NCBI GenBank assembly: GCA_036985855.1
Contig: BTQL01000004.1
Coordinates: 6,372-70,371, forward strand
Length of the DNA stretch: 64,000 nucleotides
From: Acidimicrobiia bacterium
GTDB lineage: Bacteria > Actinomycetota > Acidimicrobiia > Spongiisociales > UBA5794
Reading direction: 5' to 3'
A program made the position numbers and the translations under genes. Below, piece by piece: positions 56,005-64,000 of this stretch. The notes beneath the pieces are model-generated. The model saw only the letters and a program-made list of their open reading frames with translations. It made no database searches and was not told where the DNA came from. The number at the start of each line of letters is the position of its first letter. Positions within the stretch are counted from its first letter, which is position 1.

Positions 56005-57846
56005 GTGTCCGGTGATTATCCTCCGCGTATGAGACACCGACCCTCACGGCAGGCGCCGACGTGGGTGCCAGATGTCGACACGATCGACAGCGCAAACCTC
56101 ACAGCCGCCATGATGTCGCGGGGTATCGGTACGTACGATGAGTTCCATCGCTGGTCCGTCGCGGATCCGGACGGTTTTTGGGCGATGGTTGTTGAAGACC
56201 TCGAGATCCGATTCGACGAGGAACCGGCGGCTATCCGCGGAAGTGATGATGCCACAGACCCTGATTGGCTTCCTGGGGCTTCATTGAACATCGTGCGATC
56301 ATGCCTGGACCACGACCCCGGTGCTGCCGCCATCGTGGCCGGTTCCCAGGACGCACTCCGGACGGTCTCGGTAGGCGAACTGACAGAGCGCGTAGCCGCG
56401 TTTGCTGGAGGATTCGATCGGGCCGGGTACACCGAGGGCGATGCAGTGGCAATCGTGATGCCCATGACCGTCGAGGCGGTCGTCGCCTATCTCGGAATCA
56501 TCTCGGCGGGTGGTGTGGTCGTATCGATAGCCGACTCCTTCGTCTCGGACGAGGTCGAAACTCGACTCTCGATTACGTCACCGGTCGCGGTTGTTACCCA
56601 GGATCGAGCCATCCGGCTCGGTCGGGTGCTGCCGATGTACGCCAAATGTGTCGAGGCCGGGGCCCCGCCATGCATTGTCGTCGAAACCGGATCAGGGATG
56701 CCGCTGCGAGACGGGGACATCTGGTGGGACGATTTTGTTGTTCCCGGCTCTGTTTTCGATCCGGTCGCACTGGCTGCATCTGCCCACACGAACATCCTCT
56801 TTTCATCGGGCACGACCGGTGACCCGAAAGCGGTCCCGTGGTCACAGACAACACCCATCAAGGCGGCAATGGATGGTCGGTTTCATCAGGACATTCACAG
56901 TGGTGATGTCGTGGCCTGGCCCACGAATCTTGGATGGATGATGGGGCCGTGGCTCATCTATGCAGCACTCCTCAATGGAGCGACGATCGCGTTGTACGAC
57001 GACGCACCAACGAGCGAAGGTTTCATACGATTCATCCGGAATGCGGGCGTTACAATGCTTGGCATCGTTCCATCGATCGTTGCGGCATGGCGCGGATCCG
57101 GTGTCCTGGCAGAGGGCGACTGGACTGCGGTTCGTGTGGTGTCATCAACCGGTGAGGCATCGAACCCAGATGACTACGACTGGCTCATGCGGGTGGCTGG
57201 TGATGTGCCGCTGATCGAGTATTGCGGTGGCACCGAGATCGGTGGTGGGTATGTGACGGGTACGGTGCTCCAGCCTGCGGTTGCCTCGCGTTTCACCACT
57301 CCTGCTCTCGGACTTGACATGGTCCTGTTCGATGACGAAGGAGAGCCCGCCGACGAGGGAGAGGTATTCCTCGTACCGCCATCGATGGGGCTTTCGACAG
57401 AGCTGTTGACCGGCGATCACCGGATCGTCTACTACGAAGGCCTCCCGGCATACAACCGACCACTACGTCGTCACGGCGACCAGATGGTGAGAGAGGACGG
57501 TGGCCTTTATCGAGCTCTGGGGAGGGTCGACGACGCGATGAACCTTGGAGGCATCAAGGTCTCGTCCGCAGATCTCGAAGAAGCTATCGGTGACCTCGAC
57601 GGTGTGGCCGAAGTTGCTGCGGTGGCTGTCCCTCCGAAAGGCGGGGGTCCCGATCGACTCGTCGTGTTCGCCGTGCCGGATGATGCGCCCGACGTGCACG
57701 CACTGCGCGCAGAGATGCAACAGAGGATCAGTGCCACTCTGAACCCGCTGTTCAAGGTACATGAGGTCGTGTTGATCGATGAGCTCCCCCGCACCGCATC
57801 CCACAAGGTGATGCGTCGTTCACTGAGGGCCGACTACCAGGATTGA
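56005..57846 (+). CDS. Acetyl-CoA-synthetase-family adenylate-forming acyl-CoA ligase (ACS/acetoacetyl-CoA-synthetase-like)
   Basis: ACS-type N-terminal domain (YDEFHRWSVADPDGFW), an AMP-binding core (FSSGTTGDPKAV), and a C-terminal Lys in 'PRTASHKVMRR'. Confidence 0.8.
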   Translation: MSGDYPPRMRHRPSRQAPTWVPDVDTIDSANLTAAMMSRGIGTYDEFHRWSVADPDGFWAMVVEDLEIRFDEEPAAIRGSDDATDPDWLPGASLNIVRSCLDHDPGAAAIVAGSQDALRTVSVGELTERVAAFAGGFDRAGYTEGDAVAIVMPMTVEAVVAYLGIISAGGVVVSIADSFVSDEVETRLSITSPVAVVTQDRAIRLGRVLPMYAKCVEAGAPPCIVVETGSGMPLRDGDIWWDDFVVPGSVFDPVALAASAHTNILFSSGTTGDPKAVPWSQTTPIKAAMDGRFHQDIHSGDVVAWPTNLGWMMGPWLIYAALLNGATIALYDDAPTSEGFIRFIRNAGVTMLGIVPSIVAAWRGSGVLAEGDWTAVRVVSSTGEASNPDDYDWLMRVAGDVPLIEYCGGTEIGGGYVTGTVLQPAVASRFTTPALGLDMVLFDDEGEPADEGEVFLVPPSMGLSTELLTGDHRIVYYEGLPAYNRPLRRHGDQMVREDGGLYRALGRVDDAMNLGGIKVSSADLEEAIGDLDGVAEVAAVAVPPKGGGPDRLVVFAVPDDAPDVHALRAEMQQRISATLNPLFKVHEVVLIDELPRTASHKVMRRSLRADYQD

Positions 57847-57916
57847 CGGTCATGCGGCTGTCTGCGCATCACGCAATCACACGTATCATCCATGCCAGAG
57901 AACGAGGAGGTTCCCG

Positions 57917-58804
57917 ATGGGGGTCGATGCGCCATACGAAGCGCTGAAGGAACGCGTCAGAGGGCTTGACGGCGTTGTGATGGTCATCGGTGATGCCGAG
58001 ACAGGAAAAACGACTCTCGCTCGCATGTTGCTGCGCGATGCGGTCGAGCACGGCCGTACGGTGGTCTATGTCGACGGTGATGTGGCTGCGGCAACGGTGG
58101 GACCGATCGGATGTGTCGGGTTGAAGGTGGTGTCATCTCTCGATGACTGCGAGACGCTCCTCGTTCCCGACGAGCTCCGATTCGTTGGGGCGGTCGAACC
58201 GGATGGAGTCGTCCTGCCACACGTGGTTGCCGTCACTGCGTTGATCGACATCGCCAAGGAGATGGCTGATCTCGTCATCTGTGATACAACCGGCGTGGTC
58301 ACTGGCGTGGTTGGCCAGACGCTGAAGTATCACCTTGTCGAGTTGGCTCAGCCGGCGCTTGTCATAGCGATCAGACGTGGCGCAGAGCTCGATCCGGTCA
58401 TCGGCATGCTGAGACGCTTCCTGTCCACGAGAGTCGCAGAAGTCGACCCTCCGGAGGATATTGTCTCGGGTTCCCCGATCGATCGGCAGGACACCAGAGC
58501 CGAAGCTCTGCACCGAAACCTCGGCGATGATCCACCGCGATGGAGGGTACAAACGACGGTGTTCGCCCCGACACTGCCGGACGGATTCGATGTCAGCCGA
58601 CTGGATGGCATGCTCGTTGGCGTCCAGGACGAACGCGGCCGATGCCTTGGTCTCGGAGTGCTCGAACACGTTGATGGAACCGTGAAGGTGGCAACAAGAT
58701 TCGGCGACGAGATGCGGGGCCTCAGACTCGGGTCGATCAGGGTCGATCTGGAAACGTTCGCAACGAGCCGAGTGAGACTGCGCGAGCTGATATTCGGCGT
58801 CTGA
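57917..58804 (+). CDS. Clp1/Grc3-family P-loop protein (polynucleotide 5'-hydroxyl-kinase-like; SIMIBI-class NTPase)
   Basis: P-loop segment 'VVMVIGDAETGKTTLARMLLRDAVEHGRTVVYVDGDVAAATVGPIG' closely parallels the remembered Clp1 segment '[45 protein letters not shown]'. The Walker-B-like 'LVICDTTGVV' corresponds to the Clp1 'INTxGW' motif. Confidence 0.5.
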   Translation: MGVDAPYEALKERVRGLDGVVMVIGDAETGKTTLARMLLRDAVEHGRTVVYVDGDVAAATVGPIGCVGLKVVSSLDDCETLLVPDELRFVGAVEPDGVVLPHVVAVTALIDIAKEMADLVICDTTGVVTGVVGQTLKYHLVELAQPALVIAIRRGAELDPVIGMLRRFLSTRVAEVDPPEDIVSGSPIDRQDTRAEALHRNLGDDPPRWRVQTTVFAPTLPDGFDVSRLDGMLVGVQDERGRCLGLGVLEHVDGTVKVATRFGDEMRGLRLGSIRVDLETFATSRVRLRELIFGV

Positions 58805-58852
58805 GCTCGCTCCGCTCCGCGGCCTCCTTCAGGTGCACATCGATCCCACGCG

Positions 58853-59116
58853 ATGATGGTCGGGGGCACACCGTGGACAACGAAGGAATGCGATGATTCT
58901 GGAGCTGCGACCGGCAACGGTGAACGATACGTCGCGGCAGTTGTGGCGCATGCCCGTGAGACCTTCGAGCACCGCCGACTTCGCGTGACCATCGCCTGGG
59001 GTAACGAGCGGGCGTTTCGCGTGTGGTCCGGCGTGGGGTTCGTCGAGGTCGTCCGCTTCGTCTCATCGCGCACAGTTATGGGAACGAACGAGTTCGTCGT
59101 GCTCGAGTTCGCGTGA
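58853..59116 (+). pseudogene. Probable GNAT acetyltransferase remnant (internally deleted and frameshifted)
   Basis: A GNAT-like N-terminus, MILELRPATVNDT.., sits in one frame (from about 58893). A GNAT-like C-terminus, RLRVTIAWGNERAFRVWSGVGFVEV, sits in another frame (58853..59116). The central acetyl-CoA-binding motif A is missing. Confidence 0.3.
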
Positions 59117-59179
59117 GCTGCGCGGCGCTTATTGCCGATGACAGGGTGCGGCCCTTGAGATCGAGGTCCCGACGAGGTC

Positions 59180-60373
59180 CTACACACTCTCCAGAAGGAC
59201 AGCCGTTCCGAGTCCAGAGCCCGCGGGCACCGTCGCCCCTCCGAAGTCAAGGTCACGCTGCTTCAGCGCTTTGGCGAGGTGCACCGAGATTCTCAGGCCC
59301 GACATGCCGACGGGATGCCCCAGTGCAACAGATCCTCCGTCGACGTTCAGCCTTTCCCGATCCCAGCCACCCTTCTCCTCGCACGCGAGGAGCTGCACAG
59401 CAAAACCCTCGTTGCATTCGATGAGGTCGAGATCGTCCAGGGTTCTGTCCGCTCCGGAGAGCGCTGCGTTGAGGGCGTCGACACAGGAGTAACCCATGAG
59501 ATTCGGGTCGCACCCGACCATGGCCGTTCCCTCTGTGACGATGCGGGCGAGAGGCTCGAGATTGTGCTTGTTCATCGCGTCGGCGCTCGCGATGATCGCC
59601 GCTGCTGCGCCGTCGTTGATCGTGGCGGCATTTCCCGCAGTGATGACACCACCAGGCTGAACGCTCCGAAGTTCGCCAAGGATCTCAACGGTCGACCCGG
59701 CGCGTGGGTTCTCGTCGACGTCGAAGATCATCGATCCGCGCCTCAAAGGCACCTTGATCGGCACGATCTCATCGGTGAAGCGGCCGTCGGCGATGGCGGC
59801 GAGCGCTCGTTCGTGGGACACGATGGCGTATTCATCCATCTGACGTCTGGAGATGCCGTCGACCTCGGCGTGATGTTCGGCGACATCGATCATGTAGTTG
59901 GCGTCGCCCCACATCCCGGACCCCGCCAGGGTGCACTCGCGTAACGTGTCGAGAAACGCACCGCTTCCGAGCCGGTGCCCCCATCGAGAACCCGGCACCA
60001 TGTGCGGGGCGTTACTCATCGATTCGAGTCCGAGAACCATCACCATGTCGGCCGCACCGATAGCGATCTGATAGGTCGCCTGGATCAGGGCGGCCATCGA
60101 TGAACAGCACTGCATGTTGATCGTGAAGGCTGGCACGCCCTCGGGTACCCCGACGCGCATACCGACGATACGCGCCGGGTTCGATTCGGTCATGTCCTGA
60201 AGAACCATCCCCGCGATGATGAGATCGAGCGCCCCCGCATCGACGTTCACTCGATCGAGCAGCGAGGCGGCCACGTCGGACCCGAACTCGGTCGCCCGCA
60301 GAGGTTTCAGCGAACCTCCGAACTTGCCTATGGGACTCCTCAGACCTTCGATGAGGAACACATCTCTGCCCAC
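59180..60373 (-). CDS. Thiolase (acetyl-CoA C-acetyltransferase)
   Basis: Active-site Cys region (NMQCCSSMAAL), thiolase signatures including 'CNEGFAVQ', and the C-terminal GGATVPAGSG motif. GTG start. Confidence 0.9.
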   Translation of the reverse strand: MGRDVFLIEGLRSPIGKFGGSLKPLRATEFGSDVAASLLDRVNVDAGALDLIIAGMVLQDMTESNPARIVGMRVGVPEGVPAFTINMQCCSSMAALIQATYQIAIGAADMVMVLGLESMSNAPHMVPGSRWGHRLGSGAFLDTLRECTLAGSGMWGDANYMIDVAEHHAEVDGISRRQMDEYAIVSHERALAAIADGRFTDEIVPIKVPLRRGSMIFDVDENPRAGSTVEILGELRSVQPGGVITAGNAATINDGAAAAIIASADAMNKHNLEPLARIVTEGTAMVGCDPNLMGYSCVDALNAALSGADRTLDDLDLIECNEGFAVQLLACEEKGGWDRERLNVDGGSVALGHPVGMSGLRISVHLAKALKQRDLDFGGATVPAGSGLGTAVLLESV

Positions 60374-60409
60374 GGTGCTCTCCCTTGTTGCTTATGCTGT
60401 CGGCGATAT

Positions 60410-60432
60410 TTATAATAACGGACGTTCGTTAG
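60410..60432 (+). promoter_or_regulatory. Imperfect inverted repeat TAACGGAC|GTTCGTTA in the divergent thiolase/mutase promoter region (candidate TetR-family operator)
   Basis: A 16-bp inverted repeat (7 of 8 arm matches) inside an AT-rich 97-bp divergent intergenic region. A TetR regulator is encoded at the downstream end of the cluster. Confidence 0.3.
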
Positions 60433-60470
60433 ATGTACAATCGCGACGGAGACGGAAAGGAGACTCGACC

Positions 60471-62189
60471 GTGTCCGATGACGCAAGCGAGGCTCGATTG
60501 AGAGAGCTCTCAGCGCAATGGCAGGCCGAGTACGAGAAACTCGTTGTGAAGTTTGGCGATGCCGCTCCCAAGCGGGCGACGAATCCGACGACACACTCAG
60601 GTCTCCCTCTCAAGTCGGCCTATTTCCCCCATGACGTCGCAGAGCTCGACCTGGTCGAGGCCCCCGGTGCGTACCCGTTCACACGAGGGAATCTGGCTGC
60701 GCAATACCAGCTGATGCACTGGGCCAACCAGCCGGTCATCGGTTACGGGCTGCCGGAGGACACGAGGGATCGCATGGATTCCCTCGCCGAACAGGGCATG
60801 GTCGGCTACTTCGGCCAGCGGTTCTACAACCTCGTCTACGACCTGGTTTCCCACGAGGGCCTCGACCCGGACCATCCCGCAGCGAGGGGCCGCGTCGGTC
60901 AGGCCGGAATGGGCGTGTACTCGAAGGCCGATATGGCCCGACTGTTCACAGGGATGGATCTGACGAAGATGAACGTCGTCCACATCTCGTATTACCAGGT
61001 GGTACCGGCCCTCGCGCAGTACATCGCCCTTGCCGAGGATCAGGGGCTGACACCCGATCAGCTGCGCGGGAACTCGATGAACTGGTACCACCAGTCCGCT
61101 TATGTCGGCATGAGCGCCTTTCCACCACGCCAGGGCCACCGGCTGGCAGTCGACCTGATCCAATACTGCACCAGGGAAATGCCCAGGTGGAACACCACCA
61201 ACTTCTTCGGATACGGTGCGGAGGAGGCCGGAGGGACCGCGGTCGAAGAGATTGCGTTCATGCTCGCCTACGGCATCGATCTGGTGCGAGCATGCATCGC
61301 GTCTGGGCTCACGGCCGACGAGGTGCTGCCACGCTTCGGTTTCCAGGTCGCCCAGGCGAATGACTTCTTCGAGGAGATCTGCAAGATTCGCGCGCTACGA
61401 CAGATCTGGGCGACAACCATGAAGGAACGATTCGGAGCGGAGAATCTCCGGTCGATGCATGTACGTATCCACACGCACACGTCTGGCGTATCCCTGACGG
61501 CCCAACAGCCTCTCGTGAACCTGATCAGGACGACGCTGCACGCTTTCGGGGCAGCGTTGTCCGGTGTGCAAGCGATGGAGGTGTCCGCCTACGACGAGGC
61601 CTACGCCCTCCCGACGGAGGAGGCGGCAACCCTCGCCCTGCGCGTCCAGCAGGTGATCCAGGAGGAGACCAACATCACGTCGGTTTCCGATCCTCTCGCC
61701 GGGTCCTACTACGTTGAATCGTTGACCAGCCAGCTCGCAGAAGCTGCGCTCGAACTCGTAGAGCAGATCGAGGCACAGGGAGGTTACATAGCCGCTCAGG
61801 AATCTGGTTGGCTTCGGCGACGGATTGAGACGTCCGCAGAACGCTGGCGAGATCTCATCGATTCTGGTGAGCGTTCCGTTGTGGGACTGAACAAGTACCA
61901 GACCGACGGGCCGCCCCCAACGGATCTCTTTGTGGTTGAGTCCGAGGTCGAGCAGATCGCAGTCAAACGCATCAAGGAACTCCGGGCCAACAGGGACAAC
62001 GACCGGTGGGAGAGGGCTATGTGCGAGTACGCAGAGGCCGCGGAGGAGCTGGCCACGAAGGACTATGCCGACATCGACGGCAGTCTCATGGAAGCGGCTA
62101 TCGACGCTGCGCGAGCAGACGCCACGACAGGAGAGATGATGGGTGTCCTCAAGAGCGCCCTGGGATGGACGGCACCACATGAGTATTGA
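60471..62189 (+). CDS. Acyl-CoA mutase catalytic (large) subunit, MCM family, without fused B12 domain (IcmA/HcmA-like)
   Basis: About 572 aa from a GTG start preceded by GGAAAGGAG. The MCM-family substrate-binding TIM barrel carries PFTRG..., a Tyr in '..VIGYGLPEDT..' aligned to the MCM Tyr89 region, and 'HEGLDPDHPAARGRVGQAGMGV' aligned to the MCM '[22 protein letters not shown]'. The track ORF starts at 60216 inside the thiolase gene. Confidence 0.85.
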   Translation: MSDDASEARLRELSAQWQAEYEKLVVKFGDAAPKRATNPTTHSGLPLKSAYFPHDVAELDLVEAPGAYPFTRGNLAAQYQLMHWANQPVIGYGLPEDTRDRMDSLAEQGMVGYFGQRFYNLVYDLVSHEGLDPDHPAARGRVGQAGMGVYSKADMARLFTGMDLTKMNVVHISYYQVVPALAQYIALAEDQGLTPDQLRGNSMNWYHQSAYVGMSAFPPRQGHRLAVDLIQYCTREMPRWNTTNFFGYGAEEAGGTAVEEIAFMLAYGIDLVRACIASGLTADEVLPRFGFQVAQANDFFEEICKIRALRQIWATTMKERFGAENLRSMHVRIHTHTSGVSLTAQQPLVNLIRTTLHAFGAALSGVQAMEVSAYDEAYALPTEEAATLALRVQQVIQEETNITSVSDPLAGSYYVESLTSQLAEAALELVEQIEAQGGYIAAQESGWLRRRIETSAERWRDLIDSGERSVVGLNKYQTDGPPPTDLFVVESEVEQIAVKRIKELRANRDNDRWERAMCEYAEAAEELATKDYADIDGSLMEAAIDAARADATTGEMMGVLKSALGWTAPHEY

Positions 62190-62598
62190 GATCGCACCGG
62201 GCGAGCCCATCCGGGTTCTGCTAGCCAAACCAACACATGACTGCCACGATCGCGGCGTTCGCCTTGTTGCAAAGAAGATGCGAGATGCAGGCTTCGAGGT
62301 CATCTTCATCAACTTCCTCCTACCCGAGGAGGTGGTGCAGGCTGCCGTCGACGAGGACGTCCATGTGGTCGGCGTCTCGACATCCGCAGGAGGCCACCTT
62401 CCCATCTTCGAAGACGTCATCGCCGGACTTGCTTCCCAGGGTCGAGGCGACGCGGTCGTGATCGCTGGTGGTGTGATTCCGCCAGGGGATGAGACGACAC
62501 TGCGGGGTTGGGGTGTCGAGGCGATCTTCGGCCCCGGCACCAACGCGGCCCAGGCGATCGAGATGATCAGGGCGCGGCTCACTCCGGTTTCGCCATGA
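62179..62598 (+). CDS. Acyl-CoA mutase small subunit (cobalamin-binding domain, IcmB/HcmB-like)
   Basis: B12-binding DxHxxG motif (KPTHDCHDRGV) and a Rossmann-like fold. ATG at about 62179 overlaps the large-subunit stop. Confidence 0.85.
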   Translation: MSIEIAPGEPIRVLLAKPTHDCHDRGVRLVAKKMRDAGFEVIFINFLLPEEVVQAAVDEDVHVVGVSTSAGGHLPIFEDVIAGLASQGRGDAVVIAGGVIPPGDETTLRGWGVEAIFGPGTNAAQAIEMIRARLTPVSP

Positions 62599-63506
62599 GG
62601 TCGCCAAGAAAAGTCGCCATCATCGGTGGCGGAGGTGTTATGGGTCACGGCATCGCGCTTGCCTGCCTGCAACACTCCGATGCAGATGTCTCGATCATCT
62701 CCCGCCGAGAAGAATCCGTTGAGCGTGGGCTCGACCTCATTCTCGAAGGTCGGTTTGGGCTTGCCCGAGGCGTTGAAAAGGGTCGCCTCACCGCGGAGCA
62801 GGCCGCGGACGCGAGGTCGCGTCTGTCGGGCACCGTCAACTACGAGGAAGGGCTGTCCGGTGCCGATCTCGTCTTCGAGACCGTGCCGGAGGTCCTCGAC
62901 ATCAAACACGAGGTCCTGCGTGAGGCCGAGCGCTGCGCATCGGACGACGCGGTGCTCGCCACGAACACCTCATCGATCCTGATCGCAGAACTGGCTGCTC
63001 CCCTTGACGACCCGAGCCGGCTCGTTGGCACCCATTGGTTCTATCCCGCGAACATCCTCCCGCTCGTTGAGGTGGCTCGCAGTGCGTTCGTCGATGAGAA
63101 CGCCCTCACCGGTGTTGTCGCATACCTAGGCACGATCGGAAAGCGGCCCGTGGTGGTGAAGGACTCCCCGGGGTTCTTCATGACGCGTTTCATCAACAAC
63201 TTCCTGGCCGAGGCCATCCGGCTGGTGGAACTCGGGATCGCGGGTCCTGCGGAGATCGATGAGATGGTCAAGACGGGGCTCGGCTGGCCCATGGGTGTGT
63301 TTGAACTTCTCGACGCTTCGAGTTTCGAAGCCTTCTACCACGCCCAGGAATACCTCCACGAGACGTGCGGCGAACGGTATGCCGTACCGCCGCTCGCACG
63401 TCAAGCGTTCTCCGCCGGATACCTCGGTTCCAAAGACCTCAAGCCTGGAAGCCGGGGCGGTTGGTACGACTTCCTCGGTGTCGAGAAGACAGAGGGCACA
63501 GCTTGA
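62595..63506 (+). CDS. 3-Hydroxyacyl-CoA dehydrogenase (NAD-binding)
   Basis: N-terminal GxGxxG (VAIIGGGGVMGHGIA) and the 3HCDH C-terminal domain. ATGA overlap with the mutase small subunit. Confidence 0.85.
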   Translation: MRSPRKVAIIGGGGVMGHGIALACLQHSDADVSIISRREESVERGLDLILEGRFGLARGVEKGRLTAEQAADARSRLSGTVNYEEGLSGADLVFETVPEVLDIKHEVLREAERCASDDAVLATNTSSILIAELAAPLDDPSRLVGTHWFYPANILPLVEVARSAFVDENALTGVVAYLGTIGKRPVVVKDSPGFFMTRFINNFLAEAIRLVELGIAGPAEIDEMVKTGLGWPMGVFELLDASSFEAFYHAQEYLHETCGERYAVPPLARQAFSAGYLGSKDLKPGSRGGWYDFLGVEKTEGTA

Positions 63507-64000
63507 CCAAGCCAACTGCGGCCAACCGAAGGGAACAGCTACTCGAAGCGGCTGCTGCCTGCTTTTCCCGGGAGGGATACGATGCAGCATCGATGCGTGC
63601 GATTGCCGACGAGGCGGGGATGCGCACCGCGTCGATCTACTACCACTTCAACGGCAAGGACGACCTGCTCGTGGCAGTCCACGAGGAGGCGCTCAACCGG
63701 ATTCGAGAGGCCACCCGTGGGGCGCTCCGCGACATCGATGATCCATGGGAACGGCTCGAAGCAGCCTCCGCTGCCCACCTGGAGATCCTCCTCACTGGTG
63801 GGACCTTCTTCAAAGCCGTCATGCAGCACGTGCCGCACAAGGTCGAAGGGCGCGAGCTGATCTTCAAACTTCGAGATGACTACGAGAACATCTTCACCGA
63901 CCTCGTTGCGGCCCTGGAGCTCCCGCCGGACACCGAGCGGGAAACGTTTCGTTTGATGCTGCTGGGAGCGATGAACTGGACCTTCACATGGTGGCGTCCC
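63503..64000 (+). CDS. TetR/AcrR-family transcriptional regulator (3' end outside the window)
   Basis: TetR HTH 'REQLLEAAAACFSREGYDAASMRAIADEAGMRTASIYYHFNGKDDLL'. A TTG start overlaps the dehydrogenase stop. The ORF runs off the window end. Confidence 0.7.
   Translation, partial: MTKPTAANRREQLLEAAAACFSREGYDAASMRAIADEAGMRTASIYYHFNGKDDLLVAVHEEALNRIREATRGALRDIDDPWERLEAASAAHLEILLTGGTFFKAVMQHVPHKVEGRELIFKLRDDYENIFTDLVAALELPPDTERETFRLMLLGAMNWTFTWWRP

Noticed and set aside
60216-60470. Track start (60216) of the mutase large subunit
   Set aside because: It would overlap the 3' region of the convergently annotated thiolase start region by about 150 nt. A GTG with a GGAAAGGAG Shine-Dalgarno at about 60471 gives a canonical ~570-aa IcmA/HcmA-length protein.
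1-64000. CRISPR arrays, rRNA/tRNA genes, transposases, phage integrases
   Set aside because: No regularly spaced direct repeats and no recognisable IS or integrase ORFs. Apart from the four ~50-bp repeats, the intergenic regions are short.

Overview
This is a high-GC, actinobacterial-type chromosomal segment with about 60 protein-coding genes packed on both strands. There are no rRNA or tRNA genes, no CRISPR array and no recognisable transposase or phage genes. Most of it is housekeeping. A murI-macro/proC/proline-dehydrogenase operon is followed by an ArsR-CDF pair, an Rv0338c-like Fe-S/CCG membrane reductase, pheA, a solitary DNA methyltransferase, NhaA and CaCA antiporters, PolX, a penicillin/AHL-acylase family protein, and a Bpa + PAC2 + FHA proteasome-accessory neighbourhood. 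Further along are WhiB, a DEAD-box helicase, two ABC exporters, an ECF sigma factor-Ogt operon, ArsC, MetH, and a large B12-dependent NrdJ. The last 8 kb is an acyl-CoA cluster: an ACS-like ligase, a Clp1-like P-loop protein, thiolase, a split B12 acyl-CoA mutase, 3-hydroxyacyl-CoA dehydrogenase and a TetR regulator. The observations I rate highest are: (1) a glutamate racemase with a C-terminal macro domain, translationally coupled to proC and proline dehydrogenase; (2) a family of ~50-bp structured repeats in at least four copies, with compensatory stem substitutions, including a near-perfect inverted pair bracketing a single unknown ORF beside a restriction-endonuclease-like/zinc-ribbon protein and a CPBP protease; (3) a Clp1/Grc3-type P-loop protein, rare in bacteria, inside the acyl-CoA cluster; (4) an Icm/Hcm-type split acyl-CoA mutase without an adjacent MeaB chaperone, in a gene context that would fit 2-hydroxyisobutyryl-/3-hydroxybutyryl-CoA metabolism. 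Cis-elements visible by eye are a SAM-I riboswitch in the metH leader, candidate NrdR boxes upstream of nrdJ, a leaderless arsR promoter with an operator-like inverted repeat, and a TetR-like operator between thiolase and mutase. Coordinates of elements I located by hand may be off by 1-2 nt.
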